Shown piece by piece: positions 50,444 through 63,135 of a stretch of DNA of 64,000 nt; position 1 is the first letter of the stretch, and every line of letters starts with the position of its first letter. The position numbers and the translations under genes were made by a program. The notes under the pieces are model-generated. The model ran no database searches. It was not told the origin of the DNA and saw only the letters and a list, made by a program, of their open reading frames with translations. Origin of the DNA: Adineta vaga (taxonomy: Eukaryota; Animalia; Rotifera); contig CP075493.1 in the NCBI GenBank assembly GCA_021613535.1, positions 13,206,001-13,270,000 of the forward strand, in the 5' to 3' direction.

Positions 50444-52990
50444 TTAAATTGTTGAATTTTGAGTTCTCATAATTCTTGTCATTCGTGTTTTGTGTCTTGT
50501 TCGTGCACTTATATTTGCTCGATTAAATGTGTTAGATAATTTTGTAAATGTAGCATATAAAACTAGACCTTGTATTGGCATCATAACAGCAAATAAAAGA
50601 GCAGTCATAAGTGCAATTGGTTGAAGACAAGCAAGTTCCTATCGTTTTTTCAATTAGAATATCAAATGAAATGATTCAAAACTTACAAAATCTTTAGGAT
50701 ACATCACCGCAACTGTTGATTCAGTTGTTGCCGATGATGCAGTTGGACCAGCTGTTGTTGGTGCTAAATGGAAGAAAATGATAGACAAAGAGAAAATGAT
50801 AGTTCTATATCTTACCAGCTGTAGTTGAAGGCCCTGTTGGAGTAGTTGTTGCTGTTGTTGTGACGGGTACAGTTGTTGTAATTACAATACCAGTTGTTGT
50901 CAACTAAATATTGGCAATGTTTTCAAATGATTGAAGATTCAAGAATGAAATGAAACATACCAATGTGTTGATACTAGTTGTTGATGTTGGTTTTGTTGTT
51001 ACTGTTACTGTTGTAAATGGTGTTGTCGTCGTCGTTGTTGTTGATGAAACTGCTGGATTCCAAATGTTAAATACCCAAAAAGTTGGATCATTGATTGGTG
51101 CAGATTCAGGACCTTGAAATAGTTGTTTTTTTTAGTATAACTATCCGATTCTCGACTGATATTATTAAGATGCTTTGACTTACCACAAAATTCCGTTCCA
51201 CTAGCAACACCTAAAATGAGGATGATGATGATGAAAATGACGATATTCAAACATACCGCTATCCATTGTGACATAATAAAAATGTCCAGGAGTCCATGGT
51301 GCAACTGGAAAACGAATGACAACTGTATATCCAGTATATGTCACTTCTGATGCATAACCACAATCAAATTTGCTAACAATTATACCACCAGCAGTAGCGT
51401 CTCGAAAATATATAGTAGTTCCGTTTCGTGTAGGACGATTAACGAATTTCGAGGCTAAAAACGAAAATCGATGGCTAGTAATCTTCTGAGTTTATGAGAT
51501 GTCTCAACATAGAATCAAAATAAGATCATAATACAACTATTACTTTGAATGGAGAAGAGGGTGTGATTTTGAAAGATAGTGCCAATCGGTGATGCTGAAC
51601 CTTGGACTAGTTGTGGTTTGATAACATCAGGTGATCTAAAACCAACTAAGAATGTAATACACCATTGATTCGACTGAATTTTTGTATTATCGATTGCTGC
51701 CATACAGACTCCTTGAGGACCATATTGATCAGATCTAGGGATCCAAGAGAGAATGACTTCATAAACACCTAGAAATGAGACATTGGGTAAGGACTATAGT
51801 TAATTGACATGTTAAATACTGACCTACACTTGGATTTAAAATACCACTCTTTGTCACACCACGTGGTACAGTAGAAATAAAATCAACAATGCTCTTTCCG
51901 GGGCAATTCACTTGTACGATTACACGTTCAGTAATATTGTCGTTGGGCATAACACCAATACAAGCTTTAAAAACAAAGAATCATTGAGATAAGGATTATG
52001 AATCTTTTCGATTGTCGGTTTTACTTACCTCGATTTGGTCGTTCACCAATAATTTCTGGTGAAACAGTACAACCACCAGGATTTGGATAGCCATAGAAAA
52101 GAAATTGCAGAGGAACAGAACTCATTGGATTATTTGCTGTAATTGCTGCAGCATTATAAAAATCTTCAAATTGTAATGCTACTCCGTAATACCAATTTGC
52201 TCGTGTAAGTGTGAAAACCATTGTACAATTCGTTCCGATAAGAACAGCACCAGGAACACCACCAGGAAGACCATTGCATATACCATCACATTCATCATAT
52301 GAATTGATATTACCTGATGAAGTAGACCAGCGACATATTAATATATCTGATCCATCAAAGTCAGCCATTTGAATTACATGTATATGTTGTATATTAATTT
52401 CTTTGTAGATAATCGGAAGTGTAACAGCAACAGGGCTAGTATTGAGATAGCCATCTGGTCGAACAACCGTACTAATTCGACTGACAACACTCCATCCTAA
52501 ACTCGCAAATCCTACACCTAGATAATCAAGCCAACAACATGAAGCATAACCGATACTGAATGCAATATTGATTGGTATTGAGAATGTATTATAGTATTCA
52601 CCGGAAGCAACATCGAGTGGAAGACTAAAATCAGTGCACCAAGTGTATGTATTCATAGTACTAGTGGTCCAATGAGCACCACAAGTACCAGTTCGACAGT
52701 ACATAACCATAGCGTCTCCAATCATAGGAGTTTGTGCAGCAATGGTAGTGGGAGAACAATTTGGTGAGTAGCGGCTACGAAGCCATGACAAACGTTCACG
52801 TACTATCAGTGAAATTGGACCAGTCGTTTGTGAATTATTGTAAGGACGTCTAGAATTCGTATATTTTGGAACAAAATACATTGAAAATATGAAAAACTCA
52901 CGCTGTAATTGTTCCACCAAAGAAATGAGTAGGACCGACAAAAGAAAGTCGCATCATCAGAACGACGATAGAAAATGTATTTATCGCCAT
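50444..52990 (-). CDS. Multi-exon cell-surface protein: signal, HFxGG N-terminal domain, Ig-like domains, Thr-rich mucin stalk, C-terminal TM
   Basis: MAINTFSIVVLMM...THFFGGTIT, RPDGYLNTSPVA, DFDGSDILICRW, an SbsA/Big-like exon, poly-Thr exons, and a last exon IALMTALLFAVMMPIQGLVLY...*. Confidence 0.75.
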
Positions 52991-53881
52991 TTCTCACTAA
53001 TGGAAATGATGAAACAAAATGAAATGAATTGCGATTACTTGTACGTCTTTATATACAATTCTATAACTTTAAAGAATAGAAGAAAAAAAGTAATCTTTCT
53101 AGAGAAATCTTTACTCTTTATTTTTAAACTGAAGTATATATTTATTTTAACAGCAATATGTAGAGTGATGTGTAAGAACAACACGAATGTTTTAGTTGGA
53201 TACATTCAACTTTGGATTACCTTTATTTTTTTTTCAAAAGAAAACAATGAAAAAATTTTGATTTCTCTCTTCTTTTCTACGTATTTTATTATTTATGTTG
53301 CTAAACTGTTGAAAGTACCCATCGGATGAAAAAGAAGTTTTGTTCTTTTAGTATAATTGAGATGCATACATTCAAGTATTGGTTCGTATAAAATAGAAAT
53401 AGATCAGTTCCTTTTTAAAATTCAAATGAAATTATTCAATATATAGTTAATAATTTAATAGTAGTATTTTTCAGATATTATCTTTTCTATTTCATATTGA
53501 GAATCTTTTAGAAACTTTTCGAACAAAAAGTACAAATATTTTTGGAATCCAATTATCCAATCAAACATAGAGAAGAGAAAGCTATTCTATCAGATCGGCA
53601 ACGAATTAACTCTTTTCGGATAAACGTAGAAAAAATTCAAAATATCTGAAAAAACGATGATTTGCAGTAGATTGTTCATTTGTGTTGTTGTCAGCTTTCT
53701 TCGTTAACTACTAATCATTGAAAAACGCCATCGAAGAGAGAATGTGCTTTTCTTTTTTATGCGTTACTTAGAAGGATAAATAAACCTCTTACGCACACTT
53801 TTTCTTCAGATGGAAATTGTTTAGACCGCTGCTTCCCAAAATCTGAGTATAGTAAACAACGATGGATTTTGACGTTACTAA

Positions 53882-53950
53882 GTGGTGTGGGTGTGAGTAT
53901 TAGTACTCCTGTCTTCTGTCACCCACACCCACACCCACACCCACACCCAT
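53882..53950. repeat. Telomere-like inverted tract: GTGTGGGTGTGAGT...(CCCACA)n
   Basis: gtggtgtgggtgtgagt, a short spacer, then acccacacccacacccacacccacacccat. Confidence 0.75.
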
Positions 53951-54042
53951 ACCTCTTAAATCAATTTGATTGAGTTTGAGTGTAGATTAATGGACTTATT
54001 TTTATTAAATAGAATTATATCAATGAGTTCGATTATCTATAA

Positions 54043-57000
54043 TTATGATAAAGACGTTGCTGATGCCATTTGTCTAAGAAGTAATTGCTTATACAATCCA
54101 TGTTCGTTGCTCATCAGTGCTTGATGTGTGCCCTATGAAACATCAATGATAAACGATAATTGTGTACTCAAAAAGTGAGTATACTACTAAAATCGCTCGA
54201 GTTCGAAGATGAGAAGGATCAGTTGAGAAATGGCCGAATTACTCTTAAAATACTGAAAAATCAACAGACAACCCCTGAGGGGGAGTACAGGGATTTTTGC
54301 AAAAAATAAAGTACTATGTTTCTCTGTCTGTTTATCTGCCCCTTTGCTATCCATTCAGTTCCTGTAATAGCTAAGATCACCAAACTTTCCCTGACGCTTT
54401 CCTAGGTGTAGAAAAAGGTCAAAAGAATGTTGGTATACGAGTAGGGGGTAGGGAGGGGTGATCTGGGTGAAATTTCACCCAGGTGGTTCCGTGACAGACA
54501 GCACCGTCAAACTTTCACTGGCGCTTCCCTAGGTCTGGAAAAAGGTCAATAGACTGTTGGCATCATCAGAGTGAGTGTGAAAAATCAGTGAGAGAACGAT
54601 GCGACATATCATATGAAGAAATAAAGGAAAGCGTAGCTCCATTAGTGCTAAGGCCTCTTCTATCAAAAATCATCACAGGGAGGGTCAGCAGAGAGATCTT
54701 TATGACTTTCGGGGAAATCTTCTTTGTATCATTTCACTTTATCAAAGTCATTCTAAGTGTGCTAGTTGGTGAAAAATGTAGAAATTCATTCAAAACATAA
54801 TTTCTTTGAATTTGTCGGCCCCAAATGAACATAATCCAGGTATCAATGATGTGTTATGGAGAACAGATTTAGAACGTCGTACTTTGTCAAGTGTACGGAA
54901 AAAGCGAGGGCATAACTAGAATCAATCGATGTGTCCGTCCATCGGTTCGTTTACACGATAACTCCCGAAAAGCTAATCCGATTTTGATGAAACTTGCCAG
55001 AGTATTGTCACATCAATATCTCGCTCGAGTTTGAAGATGAGCGTGATTGGACGAGTTATTGCTGAGTTATTGAAAAAATACTGATATTTCCCTATATCTT
55101 CTATCTCATACACTTTTTGCAGTACACATAACTTTCGGATAAAATCCGAAGTTTCCGCATTTATTTTTAAAATGACTCCACCAACCTGTTCAACAATTTT
55201 TCCTTGGTCAATAACAATGATTAAATTCGCACTGATTACAGTTGACAAACGATGTGCAATAATCAATACACTTCTATTGCTCATAGCTCGTTCAATAGCT
55301 TCACTTATTAAATATTCACTTTCAGCATCAAGTGCACTTGTTGCTTCATCAAGTAATAGCAATTTCGGATTGATCAACAACGATCGTGCAACTAAAAGAT
55401 TTTTTTTTCGATTTAAAATCAAGTATTACCTATAAAATAGTTTAACTCACTTGCTATACGTTGTTTTTGTCCAGTTGATAAACAAACACCACGTTCACCA
55501 ACAAATGTATCGTACTGATGTTCTAATTGTTCAATAAATTGATGAGCATTAGCTTGTTTTGCAGCTTGTACAATATCATCAAAGGATACTTGATTTCTAT
55601 CTAAACCAAAAGTAATATTATCTAGAATTGAGCAAGCAAATAATATTGGCTCTTGATTAACAAATGAGATATTTTGACGAATCCATTGTGGATCAAGCGA
55701 TGAAATTGTATCTGTCCCGAGATAAATTTCACCTGATTGTGGATCATAAAATCGTTCGATAAGCGATGCAATAGTACTTTTTCCACATCCTGATGGTCCA
55801 ACAAGGGCAACTTTTTCACCAGGTTTAATTACAAATGATATATCTGTTAGTACTTGTTGTTCTACTCGAGTTGGATACGTAAAATAGACATGATCAAATC
55901 GTACACTTCCATCATAATCGATCGGTTTTATTGAACAACTTGAATGAGTTGTTGATGGAACTGATGGTTCTCGATCCATTAAATCAAAGAGACGTTCACT
56001 AGCACCAACTGCTTGCATAAATTCTAGATAATTCACATGATTTTATTTTTCCATTAGAAAATCTATCGACTTACCAGAGAAAAGTTCGGCAAGTGACGCA
56101 AAAGCAGTAGCGATTTGTAACATATACAGAAGAAATGATGCAAGAATTCCACTTGACAGTTTCTTATCATGAATTAGTTTTGCACTATACCTTTTACAGT
56201 TTCAAATTATACTACTTTTTTTCATCGCCTATGAAATTATATATTTACCATAGAACAGCTGACAAAGCACCAGCAATAACAATCTGTAGAACTCCTGTGA
56301 AGAGACCATCTTGGAAAGCAATTTTTTTCCCGATGAGTAATGTTTGCGATAGATTTTCCTTATATTTCTTTTGAATTTTATTTTCAGCTCCAAATATTCG
56401 AACAGTTCCTAGATAGACATATTCAAATGCATTGGGACAATCGAAGAAAAATGAACAAAAATACGAACGAATATTGACTAATGATTCATCAGCAATATTG
56501 TTGGTTCGAGCGAGTTGATCTTGAAATGTTTTTCTTAAATTTTCAACAATCGCTCCATATTTCATTGCTATTAAAACAATGATTGGCACAATAACTATCA
56601 ATACTAATGTCAATTTAAAATTTAAATAGAACATAACGATCAGACTGCCAACAACATGAATTAGACTTTGAACAAGTGTGGCAAAATTTTCAGTACTATT
56701 ATCTTGTACTACTTGAGTGTCACTCGATAGTCGACTTGTCAATTCACCAGTACGATTTTCGTCAAAAAAATTGATATCCTGTTTTACAATAGCATCGAAC
56801 ACGTTCTTACGAAGTCGTTTAACCATTTTTCTTGAATAAAAAAGAAAGAAAAATTGAAATAACAAGTAGAGAATATTCTTTTCGTCTTACTGTCCAACTA
56901 ATGCGAACATCCAAGATTGTAGAACACTCATCGTTGAACTGATAAGATTAAGACCAAAAACAATGCCTATGATGATATTTACTGAGTGCATAGATTCTTG

Positions 57001-57784
57001 TTCTGTTACTGCTAGACCAATAATTTTTCCAAAGAGTAAAAGATCAATAGCATCAATAATACTACCGATAAATAAAAAGAAAGTCCCAGCTGAAAGCCAG
57101 GATTTTTCCGATTGAATTAAAGAAAAAATCCGTCGAAGATTGCTTCCCTTTCCTTGTACATTAAATGATCGTTCTCGTGCAACTAATTTCATTTGTTTCA
57201 CATAAAAACATAACCATAACATGCCAATTGATTCAAATATAGATAGAGTAAGAAAGATGTACAGAGTAGATACATATATTTTACTCATCGAATCGTAGCG
57301 AAGGACAATTATCAATTTCAATATGCCAAAAGATAACGAAGAGATAACTATTAGCATCAAAATGATAATAAATAGGGTTTTATAAGATATAATGGATCGA
57401 TGAACGACTGGTTGATAGAGATGGTGTATAATGAATCGTTCAAATTCAGTCAGAAGACCGATAAGAAGAATTAGTTTTATTGTTGAAATCATTACGAGAT
57501 CGAAAATCGATGTTGGTAGATGAAAGTGAATAATATCATCAATGAGAGAATGAGTCAGACCTCCTGAATTCGCAGAAACAGTTATAGAATACAAACAGCA
57601 AAAAGGACATACCTATCAGCCAGATTATTACTATCGAAAGAAATTCAATGAAAACTAGTGTACGTAGAATATTTGTTGGACGTAAAACTGAAATCGATGG
57701 AACAAGAGTTCTATCACGATTCGTAGCGTTATTTGTTGTTTGAATATCAAGAATTGGTACGTCGTCATCATTATTCGAATTCAT
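54043..57784 (-). CDS. ABCB half transporter with N-terminal extra TM domain (ABCB9/TAPL-like); last intron 54133..55185
   Basis: [54 protein letters not shown], and a last exon [18 protein letters not shown]. Confidence 0.88.
54160..55170. mobile_element. Non-autonomous HINE/Helentron-like (possibly composite) insertion in the ABCB last intron
   Basis: Stem-loop gtgtactca-aaaag-tgagtatac at 54162..54184, tctgtctg and gtccgtcc microsatellite-like motifs, internal ~60-bp duplication (about 54377 and 54503), 21-bp repeat at 54193 and 55021, and higher GC than the flanks. Confidence 0.55.
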
Positions 57785-58196
57785 ATTTGAAGATTTGGTG
57801 AAACTAAATTGAATGATGAAATATTGACAAAGTTACATAATGCTGATGACATATCGCTGACTAATAAATATAGAGTATTGATTTACTTATCGTGTTTGAA
57901 AGCAGGAGATAGGATTTTCTCTACAATTCTGCCATTCGTGAATTTGCCTAACCATTTAGTAAACAACGATACGTCTCGTCGTCTTACTACCTGAAGAAAT
58001 TAGTATTGGTGAAAGATGGCGCAATAGTATGATCACCTGAAACTTAAAAATAATGCAAATCATTTTCAATCGATATATTCATAGTTAAATACAAAAAAAA
58101 CATCTTTCTTCATGTTATTCATTCTGTAAGGTTTATTTTATTAAATCAAACATAAATGCAAGCATTGAAAGAATAAATCCTGATTTTGTCTTTCGT

Positions 58197-58858
58197 TTAT
58201 TGTTTGGGTACGATACGTTGTCGACATCGATCCAACAGTTTTCTTTGAATCAGTTGTTTGAATTCTCGTCGAAACGTGTCGGAAGTCAGCATGAAGTTGA
58301 AAAAAGTTAAGGCAAAATCAAGATAAATCAGATCAAATGTCAAATTATTGATAAATGTATCCATTAAAGCACGGGATCCTGATAGTGAACTAATGCCGAG
58401 ATATGTTCGATACATAGTATACACTGAAAATGGTATATTTAAAATCAGATACAGAATAACTTGATTTACTAACATCTTATGAAACTGTGTCTCTTTTCTT
58501 GATAGTCTATTGTTTTGAACAGCTACATTTATATTGATTTCTGGATTTCCGTTAGCGCGTCGCTTACTGTTATGAACATTGTTAATAATGAGTAATCCGA
58601 AGAACATCATGGAAAAGATTGGAATCAATCCATTTTCCATCGTGATGTAAAAGCTAAAAATCATCATAATAGTTACATTATGAAACCTACATTTGTCATT
58701 TTTTACGTCAAAGAACACAAGAACTTGAACGTAGATGAGTAGCCAAACAATAGCATTGATGACAATAGGACGAAATGCAATTTTTGATGAACTCCACTGG
58801 CGACGAAGAGCATTGCGAGAACTGATAAAAAAACGATCCATCGAAGCAAATATGACCC
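58197..58858 (-). pseudogene. 3' half (TM3-TM7) of a rhodopsin-like GPCR cut by the transposon insertion
   Basis: VIFASMDRFF...TSDTFRREF. The coding frame stops abruptly at the transposon end, and no TM1-2 is nearby. Confidence 0.8.
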
Positions 58859-58875
58859 ATGTGAAATTTTTTTGG

Positions 58876-59165
58876 TTATAAACGCGTTTGAGAACGCATC
58901 CGAAACGCGTCTCATAAACGCATCTGGACGCATCCTACATGAAACATCTGACGCGTCTAGATGCGTTTCGAGGATGCGTTTAGACGCGTTTTCCGGATGC
59001 GTCCAGACGCGTTAGGAAAGTAAACGCGTTGAAACGCATCTGTTGATCCGATGAAACATCTGACGATATAAACGCGTCTAATAATCTGAACCGCGTTTAG
59101 ACGCAAGTCATAGTTCAAACGCAGTGAAACGCGATTCCCAAAGTAAACGCGTCTAAACGCGTTTG
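58876..59165. repeat. Subterminal array of short direct and inverted (A/G)ACGCGT / ACGCAT motifs
   Basis: About nine ACGCGT hexamers plus several acgcat/atgcgt variants in about 290 bp. Confidence 0.9.
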
Positions 59166-60728
59166 ACAATTGTCCTAAAAAATTATTTTTGTACTCGTAG
59201 ATTTGAACTACGTCACCATCAGAACCTTGTGATGGTCATCTCTATCCTAGAGGCATAGTACAGAACATATATTGTGACTTACATAATTAATTTTGATATG
59301 TGCGATGAACGAGACTAGAACAGAAGAACATGTGAATAGAAAACAAGTGACTTACGATTGAGCCATATATGCTCGATAAACTATCGTTCATACATAGACG
59401 TCTTTTCGAAATTCGTTTTTATTCAATAATAAGTATTAATTATTATAAAATACAATTTTTGATTAAAAATAATTAATTTAAATTCATATAAATTGATTGT
59501 ATTTTGTTGAAATTCATTTTTATTTTTATACATAAACGATATCGTTATCAAACAGGTTTAAATCGACAAACTAAGTGTATTTATCATACTTATCATGGAT
59601 ATTACTTTATCCTTGGTTTTTATTACTATTAGAAGTATATGAAGATTTTAGATTGCAACGACCTTTAGTAAATAAAAAGAAAAGATATATATTTTTAAAA
59701 CAAATCAAACGTTTCTTTTTTTTATCGTATATGGATTTAGCTTTATTAAAACGAATAATTTAGCGTATTCTATAATTTATTATTTGAAAAATTGGAAAAA
59801 AAAACTTTTATTGAAATTCAAAGATAAACGTTCATAATTGCAATAGAAGTCTTTTTTAATATTTTTCATTTCTGAGAATAAATACTGGTATAAATATCTC
59901 ATTTTAACGACATAAAAAAGCAAAAACTCAATGTTCCAGAATAATTGATTTAAATTATAAATATATTTAGACAGTTATTCATTCTATATATAGAACAATT
60001 CATAAATAATTTTGTTTTAAGATAATCAATCAAATACGTATAGATTAGGAAATGCTTGATCTCTAATTGAATATGTGTTATTCTTAATAATATACTTTAT
60101 TTGATATTACAAAAGGATATTGATGTTGTTATTGAAAAAATATTTGTATTTTTAATTATTAGATTATTTTCCATTGTATCAATTTAAAGATAAAATCAGA
60201 TTTTTAGAAATAAAAAACGCCTTTTTTTATTCGTCGAATATGATCATATAAAAACAAACAAATCAATTATTTTGTCGTTGATCGATAAAGACAAATCAAA
60301 GAAAATTGGTCTACGAATTGTTTTATAAAAAATCTAAACAAATTTATTTTATAATAAAAAAAGATTCTGTTCATTTTATTCTCAAATTAAATAAGTAAAT
60401 GAACAGAAGATCAATCTTTGTTAACATACGAATAACTAATGGAATAAGTCCAAAAACGTTTAATACGATCCAAACATATATTAGTTCAGAATTTTCCTTA
60501 AAAAATATAATTTTATTCATTATCTTTTTAATAAATTTGTCACATATTTTTATCTTAAAAAAGATTGCATATATGATACAACCAATCACGTATTTAAGAG
60601 ACAATGGTTAATGAAGAAGAATGGACAAGCAATAGATAATTGTTTTTACATGGTCAGATAATTGATATTTTTAATTAAATTGAATGCATAATTGAATACT
60701 TTTATTTTTATTTGATTAATTTTAGATA

Positions 60729-63017
60729 ATGCAACGACACAATTCTAAGAACAGTATTTCATCGATTGGATCATCATCTCGTGTGGGTGAAAAGAATAAA
60801 CCATCACCAACCCATATGATTATTCAACGTGAAAATGATAAACAAATGATTTTATTACCAACAACTCATCTCGTTAATAGTTCAGTTACACGGATCAAAC
60901 TGAATGATACAGCTACATTTAAATTGGATCTTAATAATCGAAAACAAGAACGAGGACGTATTCTGCAATTAGGTAAGGATAAATCATACGTGTATTAATA
61001 TCTAAAGGTTCTTTTTTTGTAGGAAACAAAGAAGAATGTGTTGAACAACTTCAAGTCTTTGAAATGACAGCTGATATTGATGGACACGAGAAATCAAATG
61101 TTGCTGATGGTTCTGATGATGAGAATAATGACAGTAATGAAGAAGAATGTGAAAAAGACAAACGGATTGAAGTTCAAGAACCTTCAAGTAAGTATTAAAG
61201 CTATTAAAATCTCAGAATTTAAGAGAAATCAGAAATCTGTCCTAGTATATTAATATAATCTGTCAGAACTAGAATCGATTAAATATCTTCACGTACGTAA
61301 CATATTCTGATCTCTATTGAATGTATATTAATTAAAATAAATGTTGATTGAGTTCTATATGAATGTTGAAATACATCTGAACATTTACTTTTCAAAACTT
61401 TATGTATTTTTATTCATTCTAAAAACTTCTCTGGTTATTGTCCGTTTAAAATCATCTTATCAACATATAAAAGAGAATATTTATTTTTATTTTTTAGAAA
61501 AAACATCAACAACATCGGTTCATGGTCGTATTGGTGTAAATAGTGGTTCAAATCGAAATATGTCTTCTTCTTCAACCAACAAACAAGCAAATGATCGTAA
61601 TAAACAAAAGGAAAATTCAAAAGCAAAGTATTCACAAATTGACGAAGAACGTAAAGAGAATATTGTTTCTGTGTTTTGCAACGAATCAAATGTGTTTTAT
61701 CTTCATTTTAGCAGAAGAACAGGAAGATGATGATAGTGAAAAAGATCTCGATCATATGACAGCAAAAGAGCTCTTTGATCAGAATGTACTATCAAATGAA
61801 AATGCTGGTCGATATACAGCAAGTTCCATACAAAAACAACAAATACGTTCATCTTCGAAAAGTAAATACATCTTTTGAAACGATTATAACTAAAAATTGC
61901 TTTTGTATCATAGAATCACCAAATAAAGATAAGGATAATAATAAATTTGTTTCTCAAAGTCACATTACTATTGGCACTAAATCTAAACGTATGGATAAAT
62001 ATAGTAACAGTGATGCAACATCGTGTCGAACAGTTCATTTTGGTGAGTACTGTTATTTAGAAAATTATTAATATTGTCTAAATAAATAATCTAAATAATA
62101 GATGAAACAGAATTGCCACAAATAGATTTCAACTATTCTGAACTTATGCGTCGTCTTGAAGAGACGAACAAAAAATATGATGAAGTTCGAGAAAAAAATA
62201 GAATATTGGAAAAAGAAAATGAAAGATTATTTAAAGATAACCAAATGTTAAAAAGAAATACAATTCGTAAGTGAATTGAATTTATTTTTCTATAAAACAT
62301 GTAGATAATGTAATAAAAAAGAAATACGGAAAACTTTCCATTCAATTGATAATTCTATCTTTAAAATCAATCCACTATTGTCTTCTCTCATAAACGTAAT
62401 ATAAATAAGAATTTTAATTTATATTTTAGCAATACCTGATTCAGCAGCTCGACAATGGTTAATCGATACTGGAAAGAGTCTTGATGTCAAGTATTCTACG
62501 AATATACACACACATGCCAAAGCCTTGAATGTTGATGTTCAAGAACTTATTAGATGCCTCGATAATACAACAACAAGTACAGCTCGTCAAGTAGTCAAAT
62601 TATTATATCCATTACCTGAGCGACTCAGTCAATCAAAAGAAATTGTTCCAGAAGATCAACGAAAAGCGATTCGAGGTAGTTCATTTTTCTTTTTGAATGA
62701 AAAAATAATCCTGACTTTAATTTTAAATAGCTTTTGCCGAATCCCATCGAGGTCCAGTTATTGATCGTGCAATGAATGAAGCTATCAATGGTGTATTTCG
62801 ATCAACAAAATCAACCGATAAAAAGGTTCAAGAGAATGAAAATACGTCAGTCTTGAACAAAAATCCAAATGGTTCAAATCAAAACATGAATAAAGGACAA
62901 AAAACCTTGACACAAATGATGAAAACAAAAAAACAATTACATTTGAATTCAAGTGGTACCATTCTTGACAAAGAAAATAAGCTTGATAAAACAGTTGATG
63001 AAGAAAATGATGAATAG
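60729..63017 (+). CDS. Multi-exon transposon accessory gene: low-complexity/coiled-coil with a C-terminal BEN-like helical domain
   Basis: Several short GT-AG introns, a coiled coil (RRLEETNKKYDEVREKNRILEKENERL), and TSTARQVVKLLYP...DQRKAIR...MNEAINGVFR. Confidence 0.5.
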
Positions 63018-63135
63018 TTTTATGTAATAATGATTATTTTTACTTGATTTTCTACTTATATAGATGATTAATAGAATAGATTATATGTTAATTAGTTATA
63101 GAAATAACTCTAATTAAAAACATATCTTCTTGTAG

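Noticed and set aside
53921-53950. True telomere or chromosome end
   Set aside because: Only about five repeat units, flanked by ordinary genes on both sides.
58876-59165. CRISPR-like array
   Set aside because: Motifs are 6-10 bp, irregularly spaced and in both orientations, with no constant repeat/spacer units and no cas genes. The context is eukaryotic.
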